Assembly: GCA_028534125.1 (NCBI GenBank)
Contig: CM052818.1
Span: forward strand, 6,946,001 to 7,010,000
Length of the DNA: 64,000 nt
Reading direction: 5' to 3'
DNA from: Lama glama
Taxonomy: Eukaryota
The notes beneath the pieces are model-generated. The model did not search any database, had not been told where the DNA came from, and saw only the letters and a program-made list of their open reading frames with translations. Positions 48,011 to 61,274 of the stretch are shown piece by piece. The position numbers were made by a program, and so were the translations under genes. The first letter of the stretch is position 1, and each line of letters opens with the position of its first letter.

Positions 48011-50614
48011 TGCCAAGGGACTGGCCCATCAGCGCAAACCGGGGCCTCCAGAAGGACAAGTCGGGTCCCATCCCCAGCCCAGGAGTCAGGATACGTGTTC
48101 TTGGAGGTTTTGACTGACTGAAAGACCTTGGGCAGTCGTGGAATTTCTGGGCCTCAGTGTCCTCATCTGTGCATGAGGCTAGTTCCTGTCCCTCAGAGTG
48201 GGGTGGTGTGTGGGCCCTCCTATTTTAGCCAGACGATGGGCCAAACCCAAGTCATTGGGACCTGTCACCACCTGCCCTGCAGCAGGTGAGAACTGCAGCT
48301 CCTCCCACCCGCCAACCTATGCACCATCCAGGGACTTCCCTGTGTTCCAAGGAAGCGCCTAACACAACTTTCCTTAACCCCCCCAGTCAGGGTGCAGCTC
48401 CTCACTCCCAAGGCAGAGGTCAGCTGGTGGGGTTTAGCAACTCTGGGGGAAGGGAGCGAGAAATATATGCTGGGCTGGAAGGATGGGGCACAGGCAGGGC
48501 GCCTTTCCAACTGCCTATCTTATCTCCTGTACGCTTATTAGAGAGAAAGAAGTGTAAAGAACAAACCCTCACCAACAATGCACTTTTCCTCCTCGCATGA
48601 TGGCAACGACCAACACACGCCTGAGCCTGACGATTACCCGCCACAGGCTACAAATACGCAAGTGTTTGTCTGTGTACCTTTGATCCTGGTAGCTCAAAAA
48701 AAGCAAACAAGAGCTCAGGAAGTACATTATAGTCTGAAAAAAAGAGGAAGAGAAGACGTCTTTGTCAAAGATGCATTATTTTAACATTCACAGCTTTCGC
48801 ACACTATGGCAGGGCATGGGTCACCTACAGTGATGAGGACACGTTGGGGGTCCCCTGAGTTCTATGCTTCAATGTCCAGGTCCTGAACAGGCTCCTAAGT
48901 TGGCTCCTGAAACCTACAGCCTTGGCTCACACGCATTCTCCACACTGGGCTGGCAAACCTCGGGCACCTTGCCTGGGGCACAGTGGTACATGGTGAACTT
49001 TCTTTCTTCCCTGGCGCTTGGACTCCAGGGCCAGCACCCCAACTTCTGCCCCAGGTGAATCCAAAGGTAGGGTGTGATCGACAAGTCTAAGAGGGGGTCC
49101 TTAAGCAGGGAGGGGGAGAGGCGCCCACCAGCCCAGGCCTAATGTTCTGCAGGCTTCCTGAATTCACTTGCTTCCAAACCCTTTCAGCCTTGCCAAGCCC
49201 TGTGTGAAAGATCAGAACAGCTGGAAATTTCTAGCAGGAGAGCGCCAGGTGCTGAACAGGTCCTAGTCTGACTTAGAAACAGTTAGGAGCCGGGGCTGTT
49301 TGGGGTTGGCATTCTTGCTTTTTCCAGACAGGCAGGAAATGCTGGCTTTTGGAAGGCAGTGCCACCCCTGAGCCTGGGCTGGAGCTGCAATAAACCCCGT
49401 AGGGCTGAGGACTGAAACTGGGAGCCTCCTCCCTCTTAAGACTTAGGACAGACGACGCAAAAGCCCTCCTCTGCTGGCCAAGCAGAAGGGGACGGGCTAA
49501 CCGGGCAGGGCCAGGACCGTCACCCAGTCAGCCAGGCGGCTGCAAATGAAACACAGGCCTCGAAGGCTCCGACAGGCACTCAATCTTTCCCAGAGCCAAG
49601 AAATCCTGGCTAGAAACTTGACTACGGAGCAAGGCAAGGCACTGGGAAATACTTGAAACCAGGCGAGACCCCGGGTGATGTTGGACTCCTGACAAACAGG
49701 GGCTGAGCCAATGCTTTCTCCCGGCCTGGCCCAGACACAAAAATTGAGCTAGCCAGAGAGGACCCAGGGGATGTGGCAGAAGAGCCTGGGAGGGACCCAG
49801 CAGGAATGGGGGTCGTTTTTACCCTGCTCAGACCCCAGAGCTCTCACACGGCAAGTCTGCAGAGGGGAGAGGTCTCGCTTGGCTTCACTCAAGGCCAAGG
49901 TCACTCAAATCCTCTGGAGGCTCTCACAAGGGGCTCTGAAAACTCCAGCGTGGCAGCGTGGAGTTGCCAACACGCAGTGGCCAGGCTGCAGGGGTCAGTT
50001 TCCAGAAGGGGAGTTTGTGGGGGCAGCTGCTGAGGGTGGCCAGCACCCCCACCACTGCCCAGCCCAGCCCAGCCCCAGGCTGCGGAGGGACTGACCTTGG
50101 CCCTCGGGACAAGCTCAGCCCTTACACCACAGGCCGTAACCTTACTTTAAATGAATCTGCACAGTAGCGTGTTATGGGTAATATTTATAAACCCACTAAG
50201 GAATGTTCTTTTATTCGTATTTCTTGTTAATATGTGAAGGAAGGGTTACTTTTTAAATGTTCTAAAATTAAAGAAAAATTATGTTGTGTTGAGGATGGAT
50301 TCAGGGTCTCAATTCTCTTTATCCTTTGCTGGATCTTGAAAAACAAAGAATAAAAGAAAAAAAAAATAAAAAGAAATATGCCACAGCATGAAGGCTTCTT
50401 GTTTAAAAAAAAAAAGCTTTCTCAATATAAAACTAGAACATGCTCTATAAAAAGAATTTCAGTCAAAAAGTATAAAGAAGAGAGCTAAATATCACCTATT
50501 AATCCCACCACCCAGCAATAGTCCTGATACCATTCGGTATGTTTTTCTGTATGCCTCTGCGTATTTTCTATGCATGCAGATACATGTTTTACATGAGATA
50601 CAATTACTATTATT

Positions 50615-50765
50615 GGGGGAGGGTCTAGCTCAAGTGGTAGAGCGCATGCTTAGCATGCACAAGGTCCTGGGTTCAATCCCCAGTACCTCCTCTAAGAATA
50701 AAGAAACCTAATTACTGCCTTCCCCCCAATAAAAAATGATAATTAAAATACAATAATAAATAAAA
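50615..50765 (+). mobile_element. Camelid tRNA-derived SINE
   Basis: Near-consensus head, 'cctaattac' body and an AT-rich tail. Confidence 0.85.
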
Positions 50766-52506
50766 TCATTATTATTATTATTATTTATTATTAATATCAG
50801 AGTGTCTTAGCTTTCTTCCTCTCCTTGCCCACTGAAGAAAATCCTGAATTTGCCTCTCTGGTTTCCCCTTATTTGTCTCTTCTAGAGAGAGGAAGAATTA
50901 TTGCTTGCTGAGAAGAGCTAAATTGATCTACACAGTAAAGGAATGCAGTGGGCGGCGTCATGTCCAGAGGAGGGAAGAGCCTTATGGACTAGAATTCAGT
51001 AGTGTTCAGACTGAAGCACATTCGAGGCTGTTGGGGAGAAATGGCTGTTACTAGGACTCAGAGAGTAAACAGATGAGCCAGGATAATCTTCAAGGATCAG
51101 AATGTAAAGAAGTACACAGGAAAAACACACACACACACACACAAAATGGAATTATGCCAAATGAAAACACGAGACAATGGAGAAAGTGCTCCAAAGCCAA
51201 AACAAGAATGAACTAAGCAGCCAAATACTGTACCACTGAATTACAACCAAAAGTATAAAATAACTTCAGATGTTGACACTAGTGAAATAAATGATTACAA
51301 AGAAAAAAAAAAAGACACAGAAGGCACAGGGAATAGAGGGCTTGGAGGACTGGACTTCTGAGATGGGCTCTTACGACCTAGAACCCTATTAATGTTCTCC
51401 TGGAAATGTAATTAAACAATGGAATTTATTTTGCATTAATTTTGGTCATTAAGCTGTGTGTGAAGTCCACGTAGAGACTGAAACTTATGGTCTCCCCTCT
51501 CATTTACAAGGGTGACATTTTTTAAATATGGAGTCATACTACGTTTCCTTTTTATATCCTTTTTTTTTTAAATTAAATTTCATGGTCAAGTCAATAAATG
51601 GAGATATTTGTTATCCTTTTAAACAGCAGCATGACTGCCCTTTCTTTACCGTAACTTATTTAACCCGCCCCTGTTGATGATCATTTACGTTATTCCGTGT
51701 TCACTGTTATCAACAATCACCCAGAGGCTAACCCTTTGTGTGTACACTTTTGCACTCTTGCTGGATTTATCCTTAGGATATATTTCTAAAAGTATAACTA
51801 CAGGGTCAAAAGAGAAGAACATTCAAATTTTAGTGCACAATGCCATGTTGCTCTCTGTAAAGACTGAACAAATTAAAATGACCACCTATAGGGCTGGATT
51901 CTGCCCCTAAATGTGGTACTGCTGGCAAGGGAGGTCCCAGTGGGCCAACGGAGCAAAGATGCTTTGGGAAGGAGATGCGCTGTGGCACAGGGTTGGGGGA
52001 AAAGGGAGGGTCTTCCGGGGAAAATGGAGAGAAAGCCAGTGAAGGGTCTATGGAAGTTACTTTCACTACCCAGCATCTTTCCCTTCAGGGAATCACCCCT
52101 CCCCTTCCACAGTACCCTGTTCGGCCTATGACCTTTGGGTAGTGCCAACCTCACACGTTCTCCCAGACCGCCATCCTGAGCTGGCTGCAGGGGTGGCCAT
52201 ATGACTGGAGCCAGATCAGTTAGAGGTCTCCAGACCCTGGTCGGGGTGATTGGTCCAACCCAGGAAGAAGTCTTTCTTGCTCACTGAGCAACATGGGACA
52301 CCAGAACTGGCAGGGGCCCTCTCCTCCTATCCTGTGAGGGCTGCCGAGATAAAAGAGATGCTGAGAGAAGAAGAAAAAACCTCAGTAGCTTTGCAGAGCC
52401 CCAGGACTCAGCCAGGTCTGAAGCCAGCAGGGTTCATCCTGAACTTTTGTTTACAACAAAAATGTCTCCCCCTCCCAAATTGTCGTTAGATTTTATTTTT
52501 TAAGCA

Positions 52507-52998
52507 CTTTTTTTTTTAATGGAGGTAAATTTCACATAACATAAAATTAACCATTAACCATTTCAATGTGCACAGTTTAGTGGCATTGAGCACAGTCACA
52601 ATACTGTGCAACTGTTGCCTCTATCCAATTCCAGGACAGTCCCATCACCCCAAAAGGAAACCCCGTACCTGTCAAGCAGTCCCTCCCTATGCCCTCTCCC
52701 TCTCGGGAAGTTTCATATAAATAGAGTCATACGGCACGTGACCTTTTGCACCTGGTTGCTTTCACTTAGCATGATGCTTTTTTACTGTCTAATTCCACTG
52801 AATAACATTCCACTGTAAGGATATACCTACCACATTTCGTTTGTCCGTTCTGATGAACACTTGAGTTGCTTCTACCTTTCGGCTATTACGGATAGCGGTG
52901 CTATGAACACTCACGTCTAAGTATTTGTATGAATATCTGTTTTCAGTTCATTGAGATATATACGAAGGAGTGGAATTGCTGAGTCCTACGGTAATTCT
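52507..52998 (-). mobile_element. LINE-1 3' fragment (L1MB-like)
   Basis: Poly(T), then 'gaggtaaatttcacataacataaaattaacc..ggagtggaattgctgagtc'. Confidence 0.85.
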
Positions 52999-53556
52999 AA
53001 GCCCATACGTTCCTTTTCTAGTTTAAGCCAATGTGAAGAGAGTTTCTTTTCTGGGCAACCAGAGGTGTGTAGACTTACTCAGGCTTCAAAAGACGAACCC
53101 AGCCTGGCCAAAATGGGGAGCAGTGAGGAAAGTGGCCTGAAAAGAGTGGGCAAGGAACAGCGGAGACGTGGGAAACAGAGCAGGGAGGAAGAACAGTCTC
53201 GAATGAGTGTGCCACATGACGAAGTCTTTTCTGGAGAAGCAGCAGGGCCACATTGTCTGGAAGGCCCACAGAAAAGAGGAATCTTGGAGCAGCTGCTTTG
53301 GCAACCCAGTCTGTGAGAGGAAATGCCCCTCCTTCCTCTTTTTCTTCCTCCCGCCCCCTTCCTGCCAACGCCTGTGCAGGATGCACGGTCCGGGTGGGAA
53401 AGAACACATTTTCTTTCTTCAAGGAGAAGGGTTTGTTTCACTCTGTGCCTCCCACAGCTCTGCCAGGGATCAGTTTTCTCCATTGTGATGAGCCACAGTT
53501 CTGCCCCTGGGACCACGTTTGAGAGTGGCCAGCCACCTTCAGACCTGTCCACTCTG

Positions 53557-53699
53557 GGCAGGGAGGGTAGAGCTCAGTGGTAGCGTACACGAGGTCCTGG
53601 GTTCAATCCCCAGCATCTCCATTAAAATAAGTAAATAAGTAAATAAACTTAATTATGCCCCCCTTGAAAACAAAAACAAAAACAAAACAAACAAAACAA
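53557..53699 (+). mobile_element. Camelid tRNA-derived SINE (internal deletion)
   Basis: The head lacks the 'catgcttagcatg' segment. It has a (CAAAA)n tail and TSD ctgtccactctg / ctgtgcactctg. Confidence 0.85.
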
Positions 53700-54279
53700 C
53701 TGTGCACTCTGCCTGGGACTGTAAGCAAAGAGAAGCCCCTGACCCAGCTTAGAAAAAGAATCACTGAGGCCTCTGCTCCTGTTCCTTCATTCCCACCACC
53801 AACCACTCTCAACACCCCGAAGTCATCAGTCCACTTTGAGGGGTCCACCCAGGACAATAGAGAGCCATGTTTCTGCTCAGTGTAATTGAACATGGTTTGA
53901 GATTCTCCACAGAGTCAGTACCTTCCCCACTATGGAACAGACTGCAGGTAGGAAGCAATTTTATTGACCTCTCTTTGTGTTGAAGACCTTCTTAGTGTGT
54001 GATGGTGGGCAAACTCCTAGACAACAGAGGAAGATAAGCTGAGCAGGGACCCGAGGTGGCGGGGCACTGGAAATATGAATCACCCAAGGCTTCTGGTCCT
54101 GAGGCCACGCAGCTCAGTGGGAAGATAGACATGTACCCAGAGGAGACAGGCAGCATGAAGCAGAGCAGACAAAATTACAGTGGTAGGGAAATTTGGTTCT
54201 AGATCCCTCCTAGTGACTATGTATTTACTTAGTTTAGTATGCATTTAAAAAATTTAGTCAAAGTAACACCTTCACACAG

Positions 54280-54558
54280 TTTAGAAGCTGAGACCTCCCA
54301 CCAACAGCAACACCATGTTGCCAGCCAAGTGCGGGAGCCGTCTTGGCAGTGGGCCCTCCAGCCCCAGTCAAGCTTTCAGATACCTGCAGCCTCTGCTGAC
54401 ATCTTGGCTAAAACCTTGTGAGAGACCCTGAACCAGAACCGCCAAACTAAGTTTCTCCTAAATTCCTGACCCACAGAAACTGTATGAGGGAATAAGTGTT
54501 TATTGTTTGAAGCAGTTAAGTTTGGGGATAATATATTATTAAACAGAGAGAACTAACA
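54280..54558 (+). mobile_element. MLT1 LTR 3' part
   Basis: 'ccagccccagtcaagctttcagat..aattcctgacccacagaaactgt..aataagtgtttattgttt'. Confidence 0.75.
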
Positions 54559-56839
54559 CGTAATGTTTACTATGATTATTTTCTTGGTAAAGAGGCTGGG
54601 GAAGGAGATATTCTGACCCAAGTGGGCTGTGAACAGTATTAACTGAGGAAGCCTTGCTCCTAGGTTGTGCATAATGAAATGGGCTAAAGACCATCCGGAC
54701 AAGTTAACAAAGCTGCTTGCTGACATGGTGAGTTTCACACCAATCAGAAGTGTGCTTCAGAAGCCAGCGATCTCGGGGAGGAGCTGCCTGGGCTGACAGA
54801 CCTCGTTTGCAGATGACCTGAAGTGCTCAGGTGACAAACATCTAAAGGAGAGTTATGGGGCTATTGATCTAATGGAGTTCCCAGGGTTAGGAATTGATTG
54901 AGCACTTTCATTAGAAAAAGCAGTCCCAGCCGCAGGTTCTTTTGAGTCTGGCCCCCGCTTCCAGCGTGCAGGAAGCTCAGCCCTTCCCGCTGAAAACCCG
55001 GTGAAAACCTCTGCAGTATTTCCCAGCAAAACTGGCTTCCTCCCCTGTCACCAGGAGCTGGACGGAGCTGTGGGCACATGACAGCCGCATTTCATCAGCT
55101 AATGTGAGCTCATGTCCAAGAAGTCCCCACCCCTCTCCACTCTCTCGGTACCTGAGATTCTGGGAAATCTGCTCTATTTTCAGCCTCTAGGTTTCCTTGT
55201 CATTATGAGAGCTGAGCTCCTCGGAAACAGGTGGCCCCAGGGGAGCTGAAAAAAGAGGAAGATGAAGCAAGACCCACACAGCCTGGCAGGAGGCAGTTCT
55301 CAACCCGAAGCCTCTGGAAACCTTCATTAAAGACCCTCTCAGCAGTTACCCCTTGGAGACATCTACAGTTCTGGGCAGGGCTTCCCTCAGTGACCAAATG
55401 GTCCACCCATTTGAACCCCTTTCCCTTAAAGAAATTTGATATAAAATGTTTTAAAGAGTGTTGTAACACTTCTTGATTTTTTTTGCTGCTTCTTCCTTTT
55501 CTGGTTTTGCTGCTTAGAAACAGACCTTAAATCCAGCAATATCTCCCACCCCGAAGGCTATCAGGAGAAGCAGTTGAGTAATGACCACTTTTCAATTTTT
55601 CCATGTCCCTTGGGAAAAAAGAATAAGTCTGAGGACTAAGTTTAAGGACTAAGGGGCTTCCAAGACTTTCTCCCAGCAGAGGCCCACAGACGGTAAAGGA
55701 AGCAAATCCAGCCCATTTGTTACTTAAAAGCCTTCACTTAAGCATTTGATGAAGGATGCCCTTTGGATTAACTATGAAAATTGACTTCCAATTCTCAGTG
55801 GAAATTGAATATGTCCAGGCACTGCCCAGAGGGTAAATGAAGAAACCAACAATGAAAAAGTTAACTCTGGGTTTCTTAGAAAGAACCCCAGTGCGTGTGG
55901 TTAAGGAGACGCCCTCCACAGTCCTCTTGGCCTCCGCCCATGTCCTCCTCCAGTGGACAATATCAATGCCATGGCTGAAGGGTAGATGGTGTGTGAATAA
56001 GGTGTCCGCAGCAGCAACTTTAGACAAAGCTGGCAATGAAAGAAAAGCAAAAAAGAAATCAAAGGGAAACACTGCCAATGCTTCTGTTGCAATTTGCATC
56101 ACATTACCCATAATGATTTGTAATTTTATGTTTAAAGCTGTTCTCTTTTTGTAGACACCTTGACTTTAAGTAAGTGTCTGTTACCTCAAGGGACTGCAGC
56201 AAACTGTGCCTTGAATCCCACCATAAGATCCAGAGTGGGGTTATCCACAATAGAGTACAGCCACCGGGCAGGACCTGTGGCCACACCTCCCTCCTTGGCA
56301 TGAGGCTGCCGCACTGCACTGACCATGGTCACTGCTTTGGTGCCTGTCACGCTGCCAAGGGCTTTAAGCTACCATCATAGAAAGAATTGAGCAGCATGCC
56401 TTCTCCCCTTGGCTCCCCTAGGACTGTCTGGTAAGTGCACTAAAGGATCATCTCTTGGTCCCTGACATCTAGGAACCTACATATGCTTAAAAACAGCAAG
56501 AAAGTTCCCCAAAGAGCTGCTGGCAGAATGAGAGGTTGGATGGATGCCACTTCTATAACCCCACAAACCTTTAAGTGATGGGAGACCGAGGAAAGAGAAG
56601 GGATTATCGCAGAATGTTCTGATCTCCTTGTCAGAGCCTGGAAGCTCCTTGGAGCAAATGACTACACAGAAATGCAAGCAGAATTTCAGGCAGAAGCAAA
56701 CTGAGGGGTGGGCTGAGGGCTATTTCTTCCCAAAACACATATTCTACACACTGATAGATACTGATATAGTTTAAAGACTAAGACAATTACATAAAGTCCA
56801 TAGCCAGTGCCTGGCGCATAGTAAGCCTCTCAGCTCTTT

Positions 56840-57283
56840 CTGTTTAACTAACCATCCAAAACTTACTGGCTTAAAACAACAGCAGTATTCAGCTCACAGT
56901 TCTGCAGGTGGGCGTATTAGGCTGGCCCACTCACGCTCTGCCATCAGCTGCCCCGACGGCTGGGGCTGGCTGGTCTGCGGTGGCCTCAGCTGGGGCAGCT
57001 CCTCTGCTCCACGTGGCCCATCAGTCCCTGGCAGGCTGGCCTGGCCCATTCACCTGAGCTCCCAGGAGAGAAGAAGCAGGCATGTTCTTTCTAGGCTTAA
57101 GCTCAGAACTGTGCGAATAACACCTACGGCATTCTTCTGGGCCAAGCAAGTCTGGGGCAGCCCGAAGTCAAGGAGCGGAGAAACAGCCTCTGCGCTTGCT
57201 GGGAAGGGCTGCAAAGCCATCTTGCAGAGCAGTAAGCGTCGGGATTGGTGAAGAAGCAAGGCCATTTTTGCAATGTGCCACTG
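56840..57283 (-). mobile_element. MLT1 LTR
   Basis: Antisense 'taaccatccaaaacttactggcttaaaacaac..ggccatttttgcaa'. Confidence 0.7.
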
Positions 57284-58029
57284 TAGGTAGCAGTAAACTC
57301 TGAGTGTATGTAATTTTCAATCATTTCCAAAAAGATTTATGTTGCCATGTTAGTTGACAACCTCGGATGAAAAAAATATCTGGGAAAGCAAGACCATCAG
57401 ACTGGTATGAGGGTAAAAGGTGACCCCTTTGTTAATGTGCTTGCTCCCCCAACAGGCAACCCCCTCCACAGGGTCCCTCTCCTGATCCTGACCCACCTCC
57501 CCTCCCCTTCATGTGAGAACCTGGCTGGACCTTGCTCAAGTCCAGAACCCTACCCTCAGGATCCTGGCATGTGGCTCAGGAGACTTTCTGCATCTTCTGG
57601 CTCCTTGTCTAGCAATCCTGTTCCCTTGTGAGTTACTCGTCTTCTCAAGGGGGTCATTTCAGTCTCTCTGGGAAGAATGGAAGCTCTGTTCTGAGAGCTG
57701 GGGGCTCATTATCCTGATGTGGAATGTTTATTTCCCCCTTATTTTGGGTGTTAGAAAGTGGTTAGTGATATGTGGCTGGTGTCCATGAACTCATCCTGTT
57801 CCTTGTGCTGGCTGGATATTTGGAGGCAAGTGTGAAGAAACCCAGCTTTGTTTCAATGTGTGCTAACTGGCTTCTGTCACATTTTCAGGTGAGACAAATC
57901 TGTTTAGCAATTTCCATGCAGGAGTAGTAAATGAAATGTATTCTCTCCTCCTTCTGAGTCCCACTGTCCAGGCCATTACACACATGTACACATGGGAACT
58001 GCATTCTTCTCTTTCCTCAGCAGAGCAGA

Positions 58030-58757
58030 CACTGTTGCTTCTCCATCCACAACTCCATTTTCCATAGCCACCTTCTCACTCAGGGTGAGCATGTGACACC
58101 ACACTGAGCTTATGAGATGTAGGCAAAGTCAGCCAAGTGAGACTTCTAGGAAAGCTTGTTTCTCTGACTTTGAAAAAAAAGGCTGACAAGCCCTTTGCCC
58201 TTCCTCCTTCATCCTACCTGGAACATGGATGTGAGACTATAAAGTGCAGCAGCCATCTTGTGACCATGAGGACTAATCATGAGCTGAGGGTGGTAGAGCA
58301 AAATGATAGAAGAAACCTGTATACACGATGACTTTTTTTTTTTTTGAAGTATAGTCAATTTACAATGTTGTGTCAATTTCTGGTGTACAGCATAAAGTTT
58401 CAGTCACATATACATATATATTTTCCTTTTCATATTCTTTTTCATTAGTGGTTACTACAAGATATTGAATATAGTTCCTTGTGCTATACAGTAGAAACTT
58501 GTTGTTCACATACTTTATATATAGTAGTTAGTATCTACCAAAAATATGGAACACTTCACAAATTTGCGTGTCATCTTGCGCAGGGGCCATGCTAATCTTC
58601 TCTGTATTGTTCTAATTTTAGTATACGTGCTGCCGAAGCCAGCACCATGATGAGTTATTTAAGCAGCTGCACCAGTCCTAGGATTATGCATATTAGTGTA
58701 AGTCACTGTTGGTTGGATTTTCTCTTATTTGCAGCTAAACAAATTCTTTACTGATAT
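58030..58757 (+). mobile_element. Old MLT1 LTR hosting the U6/L1 chimera
   Basis: 'gcagcagccatcttgtgaccatgagg..' before the insertion and 'aagtcactgttggttggattttctcttatttgcagctaaac' after it. Confidence 0.65.
58333..58645 (-). pseudogene. RNU6: U6/LINE-1 chimeric retrocopy (full-length U6 58645-58540 fused to L1 3'UTR 58539-58346 plus poly(A))
   Basis: The minus strand reads GTGCTGGCTTCGGCAGCAC..TTCCATATTTTT, immediately followed by L1 3' sequence (..actgtatagcacaaggaactatattcaatatcttgta..gacacaacattgtaaattgactatacttc) and A13. Diverged TSD cacgatgactttttt / catgatgagttattt. Confidence 0.92.
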
Positions 58758-58963
58758 AAGCAGGATCCTTATTGGTTTCAAAGAAAGGTGGATTCACACG
58801 AATACAACTGAGAGAGCTGAGTATTTCTTCAAAAAGTCCCAAGAATAGATTAGTCAGAGAAATCATTGTCCATTTCAGGCTTCAGGATTTTACTGTAACT
58901 CGCTCGGAAGGAAAATAAGTCCGTATCAAGGACAGTTAGAATGCCATCACCTAAATCATATTA

Positions 58964-59133
58964 TTATATTTCATTAAATCTCAGATGCCATCCACTGTAA
59001 GGCGCAGCATTATTTTATGCATCACTACAAGAGGGAAAATGTTCTTGAGACATGCCACTGGTTGTAAGATGCATTTACTTCGATTTCAGAGTTTTTTTTT
59101 AATGGGGGGGGTCTTAGAATCAGTGACATACAG
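58964..59133. mobile_element. TcMar-Tigger-like MITE
   Basis: Degenerate terminal inverted repeats 'tatatttcattaaatctcagatg' and 'gtcttagaatcagtgacatacag'. Confidence 0.5.
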
Positions 59134-59289
59134 CGTATGTTTGCTTCCTTGACTATTGCTTGTATCCCCATTAGGTCAAAGATCCTGTTGGCTTTGCTTT
59201 CTGCTGAGTCCTCCACACCTGGAACTGAGCCTGGCACAGAGCAGGCTCCATAGAATTTTTTTTTCCAATAATAAATTGAGTTGTTAAAA

Positions 59290-59408
59290 AATTGAAGTAG
59301 AGTCAGTTTACAATGTTGTGTCAATTTCTGGTGTACAGCATAATGTTTCAGTCATACATATATATACATATATTCATTTTCATATTCTTTTTCATTACAG
59401 GTTACTAC
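59290..59408 (-). mobile_element. Short LINE-1 3' end (same family as the L1 part of the chimera)
   Basis: Nearly the same as 58346-58460: 'gaagtagagtcagtttacaatgttgtgtcaatttctggtgtacagcat'. Confidence 0.85.
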
Positions 59409-59979
59409 ATTGAATGACTCAGTGATTTAGTCCCTGCCTTTCCAATAACTTGCCATACACCCTGGCTAAGCAAAGCATTTACCTTTCTCTGTGCCCCTTG
59501 TCTCCATAATGTAGTTCAACTGAACCTCACCAGAAATGAAGAAAATGCAAAGTGGACCCCCACTCTGCATCACCATGGTGATGCCTCCCAGCACCTCAGA
59601 TGGACATGGGAGAGCCTAATGCTCCACCATCCCTAGAAACGTCTCTTTCCCCAGAGCCCAGTTACTTCAGAATTAACCCTTCCCAGCCAAGTCTCTTCCA
59701 ACACTCTGGGTTACTAAATGTGCTCCCTGCAAATGGACAAGAGGTGAGGAAATATGCAAGATTCTTCAAGGAAAGGGATGGTATTTTGCAACTTCCCTGA
59801 ATTTCTCCAGGAAGATGACATGCCAGTGTGCCATTGCCACAAAATATTTTAAAGTAATAATATTACTTTAAATGAGCCTGCATGTCTCAGAGAGAGTCTT
59901 TCCTAACCAAAATCATTGGGCTGGTGCAAGGCTCTGTGTGCCCCTCCTGCTACAAGAACACCATTCAGAAATAATAAAA

Positions 59980-60700
59980 ATAACAATAATAACTCACACA
60001 CAATGAGTGGCATACCCTTTGCATATGTTCCCTCATTTAAACTTTAGCAAAAATGTATGGGATAGGAAGTAACATTATTCCCTTTTTACAGGTAGAAAAA
60101 CTGAGGCATGAAGATGTTAAGTCACAGTACGTAGCAGAGCCTGACTCTGAACCCAGGTTGAGTAGCACCAGCATCTGTGCTCATAACCATTATGCTTCTC
60201 TGCCTGGCAGCTGCCTTACACTGAATACCTAGTTGATGCCAGGCACTGTTCTTGGCACAGGCAAGAATAAAGCCCAGTTCCTGCCCTGAAAGAGTTCATA
60301 CTCTGGTGGAAAAGACATATCTGCTGGCAGAGATGGGTAAACAAAGCATCACAGAAACACAAAAGAAAGAAAAAAGGCCCCTGCCTATGGGTAATCAAGG
60401 AAGGCTTCTCAGAGGAGGTGGCTTTGAGCAAGGCATTGGAGGGAAAGTAGGAGTTGGCTAGGTAGGCAAAAAGGAGGCAGGGCATCCCAGGGAGCAGAAA
60501 CTTCCTGGAGGCTAGATCTAGGGGGAAGGAAGGAGGCAAAAGGCAGGGCTGAAAATAAAAGAAGGGGCCCCAAGGGAAGGGAGTCTCACTGCCTTGGTCA
60601 GGGGGCCTGAGATGGATTTACATAGTGAAGGGGCGGACTTGCTTTGCATTTTAGAAAGAGCTCTCAGGTAGTTGCATAAGGGGTGATTGCAGGTTGTGGG
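59980..60700 (-). mobile_element. MIR followed by an L2 fragment
   Basis: 'ttttacaggtagaaaaactgaggc', then 'actgaatacctagttgatgccaggcactgttc..aggaaggcttctcagaggaggtggctttgagc'. Confidence 0.7.
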
Positions 60701-60834
60701 GGGGGAGGGGAAGTGGGGGTGCAGGCTGAAGAAAGAGCTGCATCCAAGTGGACCGTGAGTCTCACATGTCAGGTCAGCACCGTCAGGGACATTATGAAGT
60801 GGAGGACAGACATGTAGACCAACTTTGGCTTCAA

Positions 60835-61274
60835 GTGTAGGAGGGAATGGACCTCCAGGCCTACAAAATGCTCACTGACTGGATAGGCCTTCTGTGTGCT
60901 CACGTGGGATGACAGGGGTCTCTGGCCCGGTCTCTACACCCACTTCTTAAACACCACCTCTTCGAGGCCGCCACATCAGGGCAGCCGCGGTGGGGCCGTG
61001 CACAAGCTGAGCACGGAGCAGAGAAAGCTGGCTGCTGGGAGAAAAGACTGAGGTAGACACAGGCAAGAGAGATGCGAGACCAGGGCACCCTGGAGAGTGG
61101 AGAGTTGGAGAGAGCAGTTGCCTGAGAACTTTTCAGTTCCTTGAGGCCACGCCACACTACCTGCAACCAAGCAGTTTTCTAGCATGTCCTTTTTTTTTTT
61201 TTTCTTGTTTCCTTTTCTAACTTAAGCCAACTTGAGTGAGTTTCTATTTCCTGGAATTAACAGACCTCTAACAC
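60835..61274 (+). mobile_element. ERVL/MaLR-class solo LTR (MLT2-like)
   Basis: TG start, 3' end 'cttaagccaacttgagtgagtttctatttcctggaattaacagacctctaacaca'. Confidence 0.55.

Noticed and set aside
47515..48121. ORFs of 130-190 aa
   Set aside because: Same GC-island artefact. No protein similarity is recognisable.
6276..53699. tRNA-like sequences as tRNA genes
   Set aside because: They have A-rich tails, TSDs, a shared non-tRNA body and divergence. They are SINE heads.
39895..58645. Either U6 copy as a functional snRNA gene
   Set aside because: Both have retrotransposition hallmarks and multiple substitutions and sit inside LTRs. No recognisable PSE with TATA at about -30 is present.
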